Origin: Hyphomicrobiales bacterium
Lineage (GTDB): Bacteria > Pseudomonadota > Alphaproteobacteria > Rhizobiales > Aestuariivirgaceae
NCBI GenBank assembly: GCA_043749835.1
Contig: JAYVCU010000234.1
Coordinates: forward strand, 1-45,741
DNA length: 45,741 bases
Reading direction: 5' to 3'
The first letter of the stretch is position 1. Every line of letters begins with the position of its first letter. Position numbers and translations under genes: made by a program. Of the stretch, positions 1 through 9,326 are shown piece by piece. The notes below the pieces were generated by a model. It was not told where the DNA came from, searched no databases, and saw nothing but the letters and a program-made list of their open reading frames with translations.

Positions 1-2
1 AC

Positions 3-989
3 TATGAAAAGCGGCCTACGTTGCGTACCTTGGCAGAAGTCACCGGATTAGGGATTTCCACGGTCAGCCAGGCTCTGCGCAATAGCCCGGACATCGCACT
101 AGAAACCCGCAAACGCGTGCAACTTGCGGCCCAGCAAGCCGGCTATCGTCCCAACCGCGCAGGCGTTCGTTTGCGCACCGGCAAAAGCAATGTGATCACA
201 CTGGTGTTGAACCCGCAAGATGGTAGTTCAGGCTTTTTTGCCAATATGATTTATGGCATTTCTGATTCGCTGAAGGGCTCGCCCTATCATTTGGTAGTTA
301 CACCCTATTCGCTTTCTGACCCGATGGAACCCATTCGCTATATTGTCGAAACCAATTCGGCCGATGGTGTGATCATCTCGCGCACGCAGCCAGATGATCC
401 GCGGGTGCGTTACTTGGTCGAGAATAATTTTTCCTTTGCCACCCACGGCCGCACCGATATGGCAATTGAACACGCCTATTTTGATTTTGATAATGAAGCA
501 TTTGCCTATGAGGCGCTTCGCATATTGAAAGCCAAAGGCCGTACACATGTTGCGCTGGTTAGCCCGCCGCCCAGTTTAAATTATTATCATCACACTTTAA
601 AAGGCTTTGAGCGCGGTTTAGCTGATTTTGAGTTGACGGGGTTTATGTTGGCCAACGCTAATACCGATTCGGAAATCAGCGAATTGCAACAAGCCGGACT
701 TGAACTTGCGCAGCGTAAAGAACCGCCGGACGCAATCATCTGCGTATCGTCAAGTGTAGCCTTAGCGATTATTGCAGGATTGGCACAAGGGCGGCGGGTG
801 ATTGGCCGGGACTATGATCTGGTGGCCAAGCCGATGACTGAACTTGTTTCCATCATGCAACCGGAAATTATTGGCATCGATGAAGACTTTCGTCGCGCCG
901 GAAATGAATTGGCAAAGATGGTGAAGGAGCGTATTGCAGGCACCAATCCATTTGTATTACAAATGCTGGACCAACCCAAACTTCGTTGA
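3..989 (+). CDS. LacI-family transcriptional regulator (5' end probably upstream of window)
   Basis: N-terminal HTH (PTLRTLAEVTGLGISTVSQAL...GYRPN) plus periplasmic-binding-like effector domain; frame is open back to position 3 (YEKRPT). Confidence 0.92.
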   Translation, partial: YEKRPTLRTLAEVTGLGISTVSQALRNSPDIALETRKRVQLAAQQAGYRPNRAGVRLRTGKSNVITLVLNPQDGSSGFFANMIYGISDSLKGSPYHLVVTPYSLSDPMEPIRYIVETNSADGVIISRTQPDDPRVRYLVENNFSFATHGRTDMAIEHAYFDFDNEAFAYEALRILKAKGRTHVALVSPPPSLNYYHHTLKGFERGLADFELTGFMLANANTDSEISELQQAGLELAQRKEPPDAIICVSSSVALAIIAGLAQGRRVIGRDYDLVAKPMTELVSIMQPEIIGIDEDFRRAGNELAKMVKERIAGTNPFVLQMLDQPKLR

Positions 990-999
990 GGCTAAACCT

Positions 1000-1917
1000 T
1001 TGAAAAAACCACTGATTGGGGTTCTCCCCGTTGCCCCCACCGTTTTTCATGACGATGGATCGCTTGATCTTGAGGGCCAGCGCCGCTGCATGGATTTGAT
1101 GGTGGATCAAGGATCAGACGCCATTTGCATCCTCGCCAATTTTTCCGAGCAGTTTGTGATGACGGATGAAGAGCGCCGCGTTACCACCGAAGCCTGCTTG
1201 CAACACGTGGCTGGCCGCGTACCCGTAATTGTGACGTGTTCGCATTTCTCAACGCAGATTGCAGCGGCGCGGGCGCGTCATGCAGCTGATCATGGTGCGG
1301 CGATGTTGATGCTGATGCCACCCTATCATGGCGCTGCCTTGCAGGCCGACGAAGGTGCGATGATTGAACATTTCACGGCCATCGCCAAAGCTTCCGGCCT
1401 TCCCATCATGGTGCAGGACGCGCCGCTGTCTGGTGTGAAATTGTCTGTGCCATTCCTTGTGAGGTTGGCGCAAGACGTGCCACTCGTTTCCTATTTCAAA
1501 ATCGAGGTGGCCTTCGCCGCACAGAAATTACGTGATCTTATTTCAGCTGGCGGCAAAAACATCGTCGGGCCATTTGATGGAGAAGAGTCGATTACGTTAA
1601 TGGCAGACTTGGATGCTGGGGCCACAGGTTCCATGTGCAGTGCCATGATTCCTGATCTCATTAAACCTATTATCACAGCGCATAGTGGCGGAGACCGCGC
1701 CACGGCAGCTTCACTTTACAAACGAATTCTTCCACTGATCAATTACGAAAACCGCCAATGTGGTTTGCGAGCGGCCAAAGCCGTAATGATGGCTGGCGGC
1801 GTGATCAAGTCAGATCATGTGCGCCATCCGCTGCGGCCCTTGCATCCTGAAACACGCAAAGGGCTTTTGGAATTGGCGCGTGAAGTTAATCCACTTGCTC
1901 TGAACTGGGGAAAATAA
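1000..1917 (+). CDS. DapA/DHDPS-family lyase, likely 2-keto-3-deoxy sugar-acid dehydratase (L-KDA dehydratase-like)
   Basis: GVLPVAPT, ANFSEQF, LMPPYH, YFKIE and FDGEE motifs; TTG start at 1000 after a GAGG. Confidence 0.8.
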   Translation: MKKPLIGVLPVAPTVFHDDGSLDLEGQRRCMDLMVDQGSDAICILANFSEQFVMTDEERRVTTEACLQHVAGRVPVIVTCSHFSTQIAAARARHAADHGAAMLMLMPPYHGAALQADEGAMIEHFTAIAKASGLPIMVQDAPLSGVKLSVPFLVRLAQDVPLVSYFKIEVAFAAQKLRDLISAGGKNIVGPFDGEESITLMADLDAGATGSMCSAMIPDLIKPIITAHSGGDRATAASLYKRILPLINYENRQCGLRAAKAVMMAGGVIKSDHVRHPLRPLHPETRKGLLELAREVNPLALNWGK

Positions 1918-2882
1918 TGCGGGTTCTGATAACTGGCGCTTTCGGCATGATCGGCCGCAAGCTGACGACGCGACTGTTGGCTGATGGCGCAGTGGCGGAT
2001 AAAAACATCACAGAGCTGCACTTGCAAGACGTGGCGGTGGGCAAAACACCGTCACCTCTGTGCCACCGGCACGTCGGCGATCTTTCAGCTGCAGGAGAAG
2101 CTGAAAAACTGGCCGCATTAAAACCTGATCTTGTATTTCACCTTGCTGGCATTGTATCGGGCATAGCGGAAGCAGATTTTGATTTGGGTTACCGGGTTAA
2201 TTTTCACGGCACACTGGCGTTGTTTGATGCATTGCGGCTTGCCAAAATTTCACCGCGCGTGGTTTTTACCTCAACGATAGCGGTTTTCGGCGCACCCTTC
2301 CCCGCTGTGATCCCCGACGATTTTCACCTCACGCCACTCACATCTTACGGCACGCAGAAGATGATTGGTGAGGCGTTGCTGGCGGATTATACGCGCAAAG
2401 GCATTTTTGACGGTATCGGCATCAGGTTGCCCACCATTTGCGTGCGCCCCGGAAAGGCCAACGGCGCGGCCTCGAGTTTTTTTTCTAGCATCATTCGTGA
2501 ACCCTTGGCTGGTCAAGAAGCGATTTTGCCGGTGCCGCGCGATGTGGTGCACACGCATGCCAGCCCACGCAGCGCTGTAAATTTTCTGATCCATGCGGCC
2601 GGGCTTGACGGTGCGCTGGTCGGGCCACGACGCAATATCACCATGCCTGGTGTGGGTGTTACTGTTCAACAACAAATCGATGCCTTGCGCGTTGTTGCCG
2701 GCAATAACGTTGTGTCTCTTATCAAAGATCAGCCCGATGATGTGATTTGGGCCATCGTGAAAAACTGGCCAACACGTTTTGACGCAAAGCGCGCGCGAGA
2801 TTTGGGTTTTGTGGCTGACCGGAATTTCGAAGACATCATTCGTGCACATGTTGCCGATGAGTTAGGCGGGGTGGTGGCATAG
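1917..2882 (+). CDS. denD: Extended SDR, D-erythronate dehydrogenase-like
   Basis: ITGAFGMIG Rossmann motif, HLAGIVSG, YGTQK catalytic motif, RLPTICVRPGKANGAASSFFSSIIREPL signature. Confidence 0.75.
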   Translation: MRVLITGAFGMIGRKLTTRLLADGAVADKNITELHLQDVAVGKTPSPLCHRHVGDLSAAGEAEKLAALKPDLVFHLAGIVSGIAEADFDLGYRVNFHGTLALFDALRLAKISPRVVFTSTIAVFGAPFPAVIPDDFHLTPLTSYGTQKMIGEALLADYTRKGIFDGIGIRLPTICVRPGKANGAASSFFSSIIREPLAGQEAILPVPRDVVHTHASPRSAVNFLIHAAGLDGALVGPRRNITMPGVGVTVQQQIDALRVVAGNNVVSLIKDQPDDVIWAIVKNWPTRFDAKRARDLGFVADRNFEDIIRAHVADELGGVVA

Positions 2883-2958
2883 TGCAGGGATTATAGAAAC
2901 TCTCATTTACTGTATCCTCGCAAGCGTTATTAGCCCAGTTATGCGCCTGCTTAAATTA

Positions 2959-4371
2959 TTAATATGCGTTTTCAGTTTTTAACAGCGCAAAGGGCGTTTT
3001 CATCAAAATGTAAAGGTCAAATGCAAGTGACCATTTGTCGATATATTCAAGGTCATGTTTCACGCGCTGTTCGATTTTTTCCAGCGTGTCAGTTTCGCCG
3101 CGCCAGCCGTTAATTTGCGCCCAACCTGTTATACCCGGCTTCACTTTGTGACGCGCGAAATAACCCTCCACAACTTCGTCATAAAGCCCACCTGCAGCCT
3201 TGGCTTGGGTGGCATGCGGACGTGGGCCAACCAATGACAACTGACCCATCAATACGTTGAATAGTTGCGGCAACTCATCCAGCGACGATTTTCGGATGAT
3301 GTGGCCTACTTTCGTCACGCGCGGATCACCCTTGGTTACAAGTTTTGCAGCGGCGGCATCAGCGCTTACTACACACATAGAGCGGAATTTATAAACTCCG
3401 ATCAGCTCGTTATTGAAGCCATAGCGGTTTTGTTTAAAGAGAATAGGCCCCTTGCTTTCCAGCTTCACAGCAATGGCCACAGCGAGCATGACGGGCGACA
3501 ACGTGATCACCGCAAGTAAAGCGATAAGGCGGTCTATCGTGTCTTTGAGGAACTGGTTCCACGAATTCAGTGGCCTGTCAAAAACCGCAAGCAGCGGCAA
3601 GTTACCAAGATAAGTGTAGGCCTGGGGCGAAAGTCTAAGTTCGCCCTGCTGGCCAGACACGCGAATGTCGATGGGCAACTCCCAAATGCGTTTTAGAATT
3701 TGTAACAAGCGTTGTTCAGCCGACAGTGGAATTGCAACGACGGCCAGATCAACCTGGTTTAAACGTGCATAAGCTGAAAGATCGGCAATGGTGCCAAGTT
3801 TTTTGTATTTACGCACAGATGCCGGGCTGCGCTTGTCAAAGCGGTCATCAAACAGGCCAAGCACTTCCACATCAAGGCCAGGCGATTTTTCCAGAGTGTT
3901 GATGGCATCCTCAGCCGCTTTGCCACCGCCGATGATCACCACCCTGTTGCGTGAACCCCCCGTTAGAGGCCTTTGCTTTAAGGCCAGCCAAACTGTTACG
4001 CGCGAAGCGACTATCGTGCTTCCGGCCGCAATAACCCACAGACCTTGCCATTCAGAAGTAAGATGTAAACCCACCAATCCGATACCCAGGCCAGCACTCA
4101 AGCCAATCACCGCCCAGATCAGACTGGTTTTTAGTAGGTTTGAGAACAGCTTGCGCATCTGTGCTGCGCTATAAAGACCAAATCCGCGTGTGAAGAAGAC
4201 GCAGAGAAAAGCCAATGTAAGGGAGAAAGATCCGGCCAGCGCCGGGGTTGCCGCATTGGCTTCACCATTCAAAACAATGCAAAGCACAAACGAGCTTGCA
4301 GACAATATTGCAAGATCAAAGCCCTTTAACAGGCGTATACCTACCTCATGATCAAGAAACTGCCGATTCAT
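2959..4371 (-). CDS. Undecaprenyl-phosphate glucose phosphotransferase (WcaJ/HfsE/UppE-like priming enzyme)
   Basis: N-terminal TM helices, CoA-binding-like domain, C-terminal KFRSM, SLDELPQL, LVGPRP and KPGITGWAQING motifs. Confidence 0.92.
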   Translation of the reverse strand: MNRQFLDHEVGIRLLKGFDLAILSASSFVLCIVLNGEANAATPALAGSFSLTLAFLCVFFTRGFGLYSAAQMRKLFSNLLKTSLIWAVIGLSAGLGIGLVGLHLTSEWQGLWVIAAGSTIVASRVTVWLALKQRPLTGGSRNRVVIIGGGKAAEDAINTLEKSPGLDVEVLGLFDDRFDKRSPASVRKYKKLGTIADLSAYARLNQVDLAVVAIPLSAEQRLLQILKRIWELPIDIRVSGQQGELRLSPQAYTYLGNLPLLAVFDRPLNSWNQFLKDTIDRLIALLAVITLSPVMLAVAIAVKLESKGPILFKQNRYGFNNELIGVYKFRSMCVVSADAAAAKLVTKGDPRVTKVGHIIRKSSLDELPQLFNVLMGQLSLVGPRPHATQAKAAGGLYDEVVEGYFARHKVKPGITGWAQINGWRGETDTLEKIEQRVKHDLEYIDKWSLAFDLYILMKTPFALLKTENAY

Positions 4372-4514
4372 TCATCCACCTATGTTCGAAAACTTAGATC
4401 GGCAATGTTAACGGCTGGGAAAATACGAGTGCTGAATGCAATCTGCTTTGAACAAAATCGCGGCATAGGCAATAAAAGGTTGCGCCATGAGCTTAATGAG
4501 CAATGAATAATTCG

Positions 4515-5495
4515 CTAAAGGTTGCTGGCGCTGAAGGTGTCGCAGTCATTCAATGATTGGGCCGCAATTCCAGTTTTGAACCATTTCACGCGCTGGGCAG
4601 ATGAACCATGGGTGAAGCTATCTGGCACAGCATAACCACGAGATGCCTTTTGCAGATGGTCATCGCCAATTTGGCTGGCGGCATTAAGAGCTTGCGCAAT
4701 ATCGCCATTATCAAGTTGGATTTTGGTGAGTGTGCCCAGCTTTTGGCCCCAGATGCCGGCAAAACAATCCGCCTGCAATTCCACGCGCACAGATATGGCA
4801 TTGGCCTGCACTTGGCTGGCGCGGCGGCGCTGGCTGTCCACCTGATCAGCGATGCCTAAAAGATTTTGCACATGATGACCCACTTCATGCGCAATCACAT
4901 AAGCTTGGGCAAAGTCGCCAGGTGCGCCCAACTTGTCTTTCAATTCCTGATAGAAGGCCAGGTCAATGTATACTTTGTGATCTTGTGGGCAATAAAATGG
5001 GCCCATGGAGCTTTGCGCCGAGCCACAGCCCGTCTGATCAAAATTGCTGAACAACACCAAAGTGGGCTTTTCATATTGTTTGCCCATGTCAGCAAAGATC
5101 TTGGTCCACACTTCGTCGGTAGAATTTAGAATTTTCGCCACAAATTTTTTGCCGGGGTCGCTTACTGCCGTGGCGCCATTGGCAGATTTATCCAGCTGTG
5201 TGGTTCTGGTCGATTGAGTGACGGATGTGGTCTGCGGCATGGAAATGCCACCGCCACCGCCGTTCACAAGGTTGATCAAATCAATCCCCAAGAACGTTTT
5301 CAAGACAAAATATACGATGGCCAAAATGATTATGCCGCGAAAGCCTATCGTGTTCAGCAATAAAGGCAACAACATGCCGCCCAAGCCGCCACCGCCTCCA
5401 AATGATGAGGAACCGCCGCCAAGCGAGCCAAATCCACCACCACGCCCGCGGTCGTCTTGGATGTTGCCGCTTTCACCTTCGTTATCAAGACGCAT
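4515..5495 (-). CDS. YpfJ-like neutral zinc metallopeptidase
   Basis: GPFYCP, AHEVGHHVQ (HExxH), ELQADC and FTHGSSAQR motifs; Gly-rich N-terminus followed by a TM segment. Confidence 0.9.
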   Translation of the reverse strand: MRLDNEGESGNIQDDRGRGGGFGSLGGGSSSFGGGGGLGGMLLPLLLNTIGFRGIIILAIVYFVLKTFLGIDLINLVNGGGGGISMPQTTSVTQSTRTTQLDKSANGATAVSDPGKKFVAKILNSTDEVWTKIFADMGKQYEKPTLVLFSNFDQTGCGSAQSSMGPFYCPQDHKVYIDLAFYQELKDKLGAPGDFAQAYVIAHEVGHHVQNLLGIADQVDSQRRRASQVQANAISVRVELQADCFAGIWGQKLGTLTKIQLDNGDIAQALNAASQIGDDHLQKASRGYAVPDSFTHGSSAQRVKWFKTGIAAQSLNDCDTFSASNL

Positions 5496-5615
5496 ATTTA
5501 CTTCCTCATTTATAGCGAATTTGGTCTTTCAAGACAGAATTTGCAAGGGTGTAAATTGCGCATTTTCAAGTGTGATATGACGCTGAAACAATGTGGCAAT
5601 GCGTCACAAATTTTA

Positions 5616-5766
5616 CCTTCTCCCCTTGCTGGAAAAGGTGGCGTGAAGCGCCGGGTGAGGGGGCCGATTCAGCGAGTTAACTGTTAACGCTCTCACGCGT
5701 GGACGCAAACCCCCTCATCCGTCTCGCGCCAAGGCGCGATCCCTCTTCTCCCGCAAGGGGAGAAGG
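5616..5766. repeat. Alphaproteobacterial palindromic intergenic element (RIME/CIR-like inverted pair)
   Basis: Left arm CCTTCTCCCCTTGCTGGAAAAGG...CCGGGTGAGGGGG (5616-5663) is inverted relative to right arm CCCCCTCATCCG...TTCTCCCGCAAGGGGAGAAGG (5710-5766); each arm has internal hairpins. Confidence 0.8.
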
Positions 5767-5811
5767 AAAGTTGCCTTCCCCAGCTTGCTCACTCACGCTA
5801 TTAAGCCTTTC

Positions 5812-7434
5812 ATGACCAACACACTCACCATTGCCCTGGCTCAGCTCAACCCCACCGTGGGCAGCATTTCCGTTAATCTTGCCCAGGCCAAGGCAGAGAT
5901 TGCTAAATTGAGCGGCGTTGATCTGGTGCTGTTTCCTGAACTTTACATATCGGGCTATCCGCCGGAGGATTTGGTGTTGCGGCCCACGTTCGTTGCCGCC
6001 TGCAGATCTGCCGTGGAAGAACTGGCACAGGATTTTGCGCAAGGTCCCGCTATCTTGATTGGCTTACCCTGGCGCGAGGGTGCGTTGTTGCATAACGCCG
6101 TTGCGTTGCTCAACGGCGGCAAGATCGAAACGTTGCGCTTCAAGCATGATTTACCGAACTACGGTGTTTTTGATGAGAAGCGCGTGTTCCAACCCGGCCC
6201 CGCCCCTGGGCCGATCAGTTTCAAAGGGGTGCGCATTGGTGTGCCCATCTGTGAAGATATTTGGGCCTCCGACGTGTGCGAAACGCTGGCCGAAACCGGT
6301 GCAGAAATTCTGCTTGTGCCCAATGGTTCACCGTTTGAGCGCAACAAGGATGATGTGCGCCTCAATCTTGTTGTGGCGCGTGTCAGCGAAACCCGATTGC
6401 CACTGGCCTATCTCAACCAGGTGGGTGGGCAGGATGAGCTGGTGTTTGATGGTGCTTCATTTGTGTTGAATGCAGACCGTACGCTTGCACTGCAGATGCC
6501 AATGTTCGAAGAGGCTGTGGCTGTTACGCAGTGGGAAAGAGGGGCCAATGGCGAATGGCGAATGACGAAAAGTGACGTGGCCACGTTGCCGGAAAAGAAC
6601 GAAGAGACCTGGGCCGCCTGCGTGCTGGGCCTGCGCGATTATGTGAACAAAAACCGTTTCCCCGGCGTGGTGCTGGGCATGAGCGGCGGCATTGACAGCG
6701 CGGTCGTTGCCGCCATGGCTGTTGATGCACTGGGTAAAGACCGCGTGCATCTGGTGATGCTGCCCTATCACTATACCAGCAAAGACAGTTTAGTGGATGC
6801 TGAGGAATGCGCCAAGGCTTTGGGCGTGCGCTATGATGTGGTGCCAATCAAAGAACCAGTGGAAGGTTTTCTCGCTAGCTTAAAACCGATGTTTGCGGGC
6901 CAGACCAGTGACACCACGGAAGAGAATATCCAATCGCGCACGCGCGGTGCGATCCTTATGGCGATTTCCAATAAATTCGGCGCGATGGTTGTCACCACTG
7001 GAAATAAAAGCGAGATGAGTGTTGGCTATGCCACGCTTTATGGCGATATGAACGGCGGCTTTAACCCGATCAAGGATATTTATAAAGTTGAAGTTTACCG
7101 CTTGGCCGAATGGCGCAACACGCAAAGCCCGGTGATTCCGTCGCGTATCATCACCAAAGCCCCCACGGCAGAACTGCGCGATAACCAGAAGGATCAAGAC
7201 TCGCTGCCGCCTTATGAGGTGCTCGATGATATTCTTGAAGGCCTGGTGGAGCTTGAGCAACCCGTGGCCGAAATCGTAGCACGTGGCCATGATGTGGCCT
7301 TGGTCAAGCGCATTCAGCATTTGCTTTATGTGGCGGAATATAAACGCCGGCAATCAGCACCCGGAGTTAAGATTACGAGACGGAATTTCGGGCGGGATAG
7401 GCGGTATCCGATTGTGAATGGGTGGCGGGACTGA
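5812..7434 (+). CDS. nadE: Glutamine-dependent NAD+ synthetase
   Basis: Nitrilase domain (FPEL, LPNYGVFDEKR, ICEDIW) fused to synthetase domain (SGGIDS, TGNKSE, GYATLYGD, PTAEL). Confidence 0.97.
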   Translation: MTNTLTIALAQLNPTVGSISVNLAQAKAEIAKLSGVDLVLFPELYISGYPPEDLVLRPTFVAACRSAVEELAQDFAQGPAILIGLPWREGALLHNAVALLNGGKIETLRFKHDLPNYGVFDEKRVFQPGPAPGPISFKGVRIGVPICEDIWASDVCETLAETGAEILLVPNGSPFERNKDDVRLNLVVARVSETRLPLAYLNQVGGQDELVFDGASFVLNADRTLALQMPMFEEAVAVTQWERGANGEWRMTKSDVATLPEKNEETWAACVLGLRDYVNKNRFPGVVLGMSGGIDSAVVAAMAVDALGKDRVHLVMLPYHYTSKDSLVDAEECAKALGVRYDVVPIKEPVEGFLASLKPMFAGQTSDTTEENIQSRTRGAILMAISNKFGAMVVTTGNKSEMSVGYATLYGDMNGGFNPIKDIYKVEVYRLAEWRNTQSPVIPSRIITKAPTAELRDNQKDQDSLPPYEVLDDILEGLVELEQPVAEIVARGHDVALVKRIQHLLYVAEYKRRQSAPGVKITRRNFGRDRRYPIVNGWRD

Positions 7435-7479
7435 GATGGAGGCCAGCACTTTTTCGTTCTCGGCTATAGTCGGTAGTAA

Positions 7480-8048
7480 ATGATGACCCATTTAGACCCT
7501 CTGAAAAAAGATTTGTAAAGACTGTTAGAAGAAGCGGAAATTATCTATCAACAAATCGTATTACCTGGATGGGGTGGTGTACATCATGGCCTACCCAGCA
7601 CTCTCTATGGTTACGTAATGTCGGCATTTGCCCAGATCGACCTGTTCTCCGCACATTGGAGTGGGAATGAAAAGATCAATCAAAGTGTATGGTGCAGTTC
7701 TTGACGAAGTTCATGCAGCCTGACGAGTACGCAAATTCATTTGCCATTCAAATGTGGCGTCACAAGCTCATGCACACTGGTTCACCCCGCAAGTTAATTG
7801 ATGAACAAAATGGTACGGCCGTTCGTTGGCTGCTCCATTGGGGAGACGAACACTTGCCACGAGATCAACACTTTATTTTTCAGGACAACGGGACGGTTTT
7901 TAACATGTCCCTTTTCGGACTGTTGAACGGCATCAATCGTGCCGTCACGAAATACGGCGAGGAGCTCACTCTCGATGAGCGACTTGTGAAGAACTATCAA
8001 AAAATGCAAAATTTAATTTCATCTTACAAGCTCGGAAATAAAGTTTGA
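7480..8048 (+). pseudogene. Disrupted gene for a putative HEPN-like protein
   Basis: Frame from ATG 7480 reads MMTHLDPLKKDL*RLLEEAEIIYQQIVLPGWGG...IDLFSAHWSGNEK with a TAA at 7516-7518, then shifts near 7670-7690 into ORF 7689-8048, which carries RHKLMH (R-x4-H). Confidence 0.55.
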
Positions 8049-8101
8049 AGTTACGAGTTACGGTGAAGTGACTTTAACTTTTGTATGACATCAGGCTGAG
8101 G

Positions 8102-8425
8102 TCAAATAATCGCCTCAAGCCCCTTTGCCTTCACCAGAGACAGTAACTTCAGCGATGGCCCACTTGGTTTCTTTTCACCGCGTTCCCAATCACTCACGGC
8201 TTTTGGTTTTACGTTCAGATAACGCGCGAACACGCCTTGACTGACGCCCGCCTTCTTGCGCAGTTTGAGAATTTGTTTGGCGGAAAGCGGTTCGATGCTT
8301 GTGAGGCACGAGACATCAAACTCACGCATTGTCGTGTGGTCGATTAGGCCAATCTTGTTCAAGCCGCTTGCTGTTTCATGCACAACTTCACTAATGGAAC
8401 TTCTATACTTCGGTTTCGCGTTCAT
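8102..8425 (-). CDS. XRE/HTH antitoxin (HigA-like)
   Basis: ILKLRKKAGVSQGVFARYLNV...VSDWERGEKKPSGPSLKLL HTH; lies downstream of a RelE-type toxin. Confidence 0.9.
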   Translation of the reverse strand: MNAKPKYRSSISEVVHETASGLNKIGLIDHTTMREFDVSCLTSIEPLSAKQILKLRKKAGVSQGVFARYLNVKPKAVSDWERGEKKPSGPSLKLLSLVKAKGLEAII

Positions 8426-8788
8426 AGAGCACCTCGCTCAATTCTTTTTCTCTAAAAGCAATTTTAAGTTGTTCGTCATTCAAGGCTAAAATCTGGTCTG
8501 TCAGCTTCTTGAGATCACTCAGTTCTTCTTCATCGATATTGCCTTTCTCATTTTTGGCAAAGCCATAGAGAAAAACACTCGCTTTCGCATTTGGAAGGCA
8601 ATCACGGTTCGGTATCCGCCGGAACGACCCTGACCTGGGCGGGCAATACGTTGCTTGATCAGATTGCCACCAAGGTCAGCGTCTATCTTGCCTCGCTCGG
8701 CACGAATGACAGCATCAACCAACCGTCCCGTCTTGATATTTTCCTTGCGGGCGAAGCGCGCAAACCATTTGGTTTTCAAAATCCGCAC
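8403..8788 (-). pseudogene. RelE/ParE-family (HigB-like) toxin, frameshifted
   Basis: MRILKTKWFARFARK...DADLGGNLIKQRIARPGQGRSGGYRT; the expected continuation FLYGFAKNEKGNIDEEEL...YERETEV* is in another frame after about 8575. Confidence 0.85.
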
Positions 8789-8811
8789 GTGTCGCCCTTA
8801 AAGTAAATCAT

Positions 8812-8837
8812 ACTATACCTCTAAGAGGTATAGTCAA
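8812..8837 (-). promoter_or_regulatory. TA operator palindrome overlapping a sigma70-like promoter
   Basis: Perfect 11-bp inverted repeat ACTATACCTCT-A-AGAGGTATAGT (8812-8834) overlapping TTGACT on the minus strand, just upstream of the toxin start. Confidence 0.75.
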
Positions 8838-8853
8838 GAAAATTTGAAGGCGT

Positions 8854-9237
8854 CTAATACCCCGCCAGTCTCGCCAGCATCATCAGCAAACCTAAAACGC
8901 CCACAGCCCAACAGGCGGTGCGCACATATTTTATGCCCCTCATATAGACCGGCAGATAGATGATACGCGCGATGATCCAGATGGTAGCACCGATGCCGCC
9001 GGTATGCTGCGTGGCGATCAGGCCCAGATCCATGGCCACGAAGGGCACAAAATTTTCGGTATAGTTGTGAAGCGCCCGCGTGGCGCGGCCAAAGCTCAGG
9101 CCCTTGGCTGTGACCTTGGCGTCGCGCGGGGTGAACAAATAATCATCGCCAAATTCACTGCGCGCGGTCAACGCTTGCGTTAATACATGCGCCACCCACA
9201 AGATGACGCTGAGTTCTAAAACGGTTAGTTCATTCAT
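8854..9237 (-). CDS. MAPEG family membrane protein
   Basis: RATRALHNYTENF and ARIIYLPVY motifs; several hydrophobic helices. Confidence 0.85.
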   Translation of the reverse strand: MNELTVLELSVILWVAHVLTQALTARSEFGDDYLFTPRDAKVTAKGLSFGRATRALHNYTENFVPFVAMDLGLIATQHTGGIGATIWIIARIIYLPVYMRGIKYVRTACWAVGVLGLLMMLARLAGY

Positions 9238-9326
9238 GGTTCTTCCCCTTGGTTTTTTGTTATCAAGGCAGACTATAGCGATTCCCAGGCCCTGTCATTG
9301 AGTCGCAATGGCAGATGCAGTGCAGT

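Noticed and set aside
2271-2849. Long antisense ORFs (also 6880-7353, 11639-12196, 24286-24816, 38956-39468)
   Set aside because: Shadow frames opposite well-supported genes.
5245-5450. CCG/CCA trinucleotide runs
   Set aside because: They encode the Gly-rich linkers of the YpfJ-like protein and are not a repeat array.
5677-6042. 121-aa minus-strand ORF and the 76-aa ORF 5457-5687 containing SPLAG motifs
   Set aside because: These are translations of the palindromic repeat and of the nadE antisense strand.
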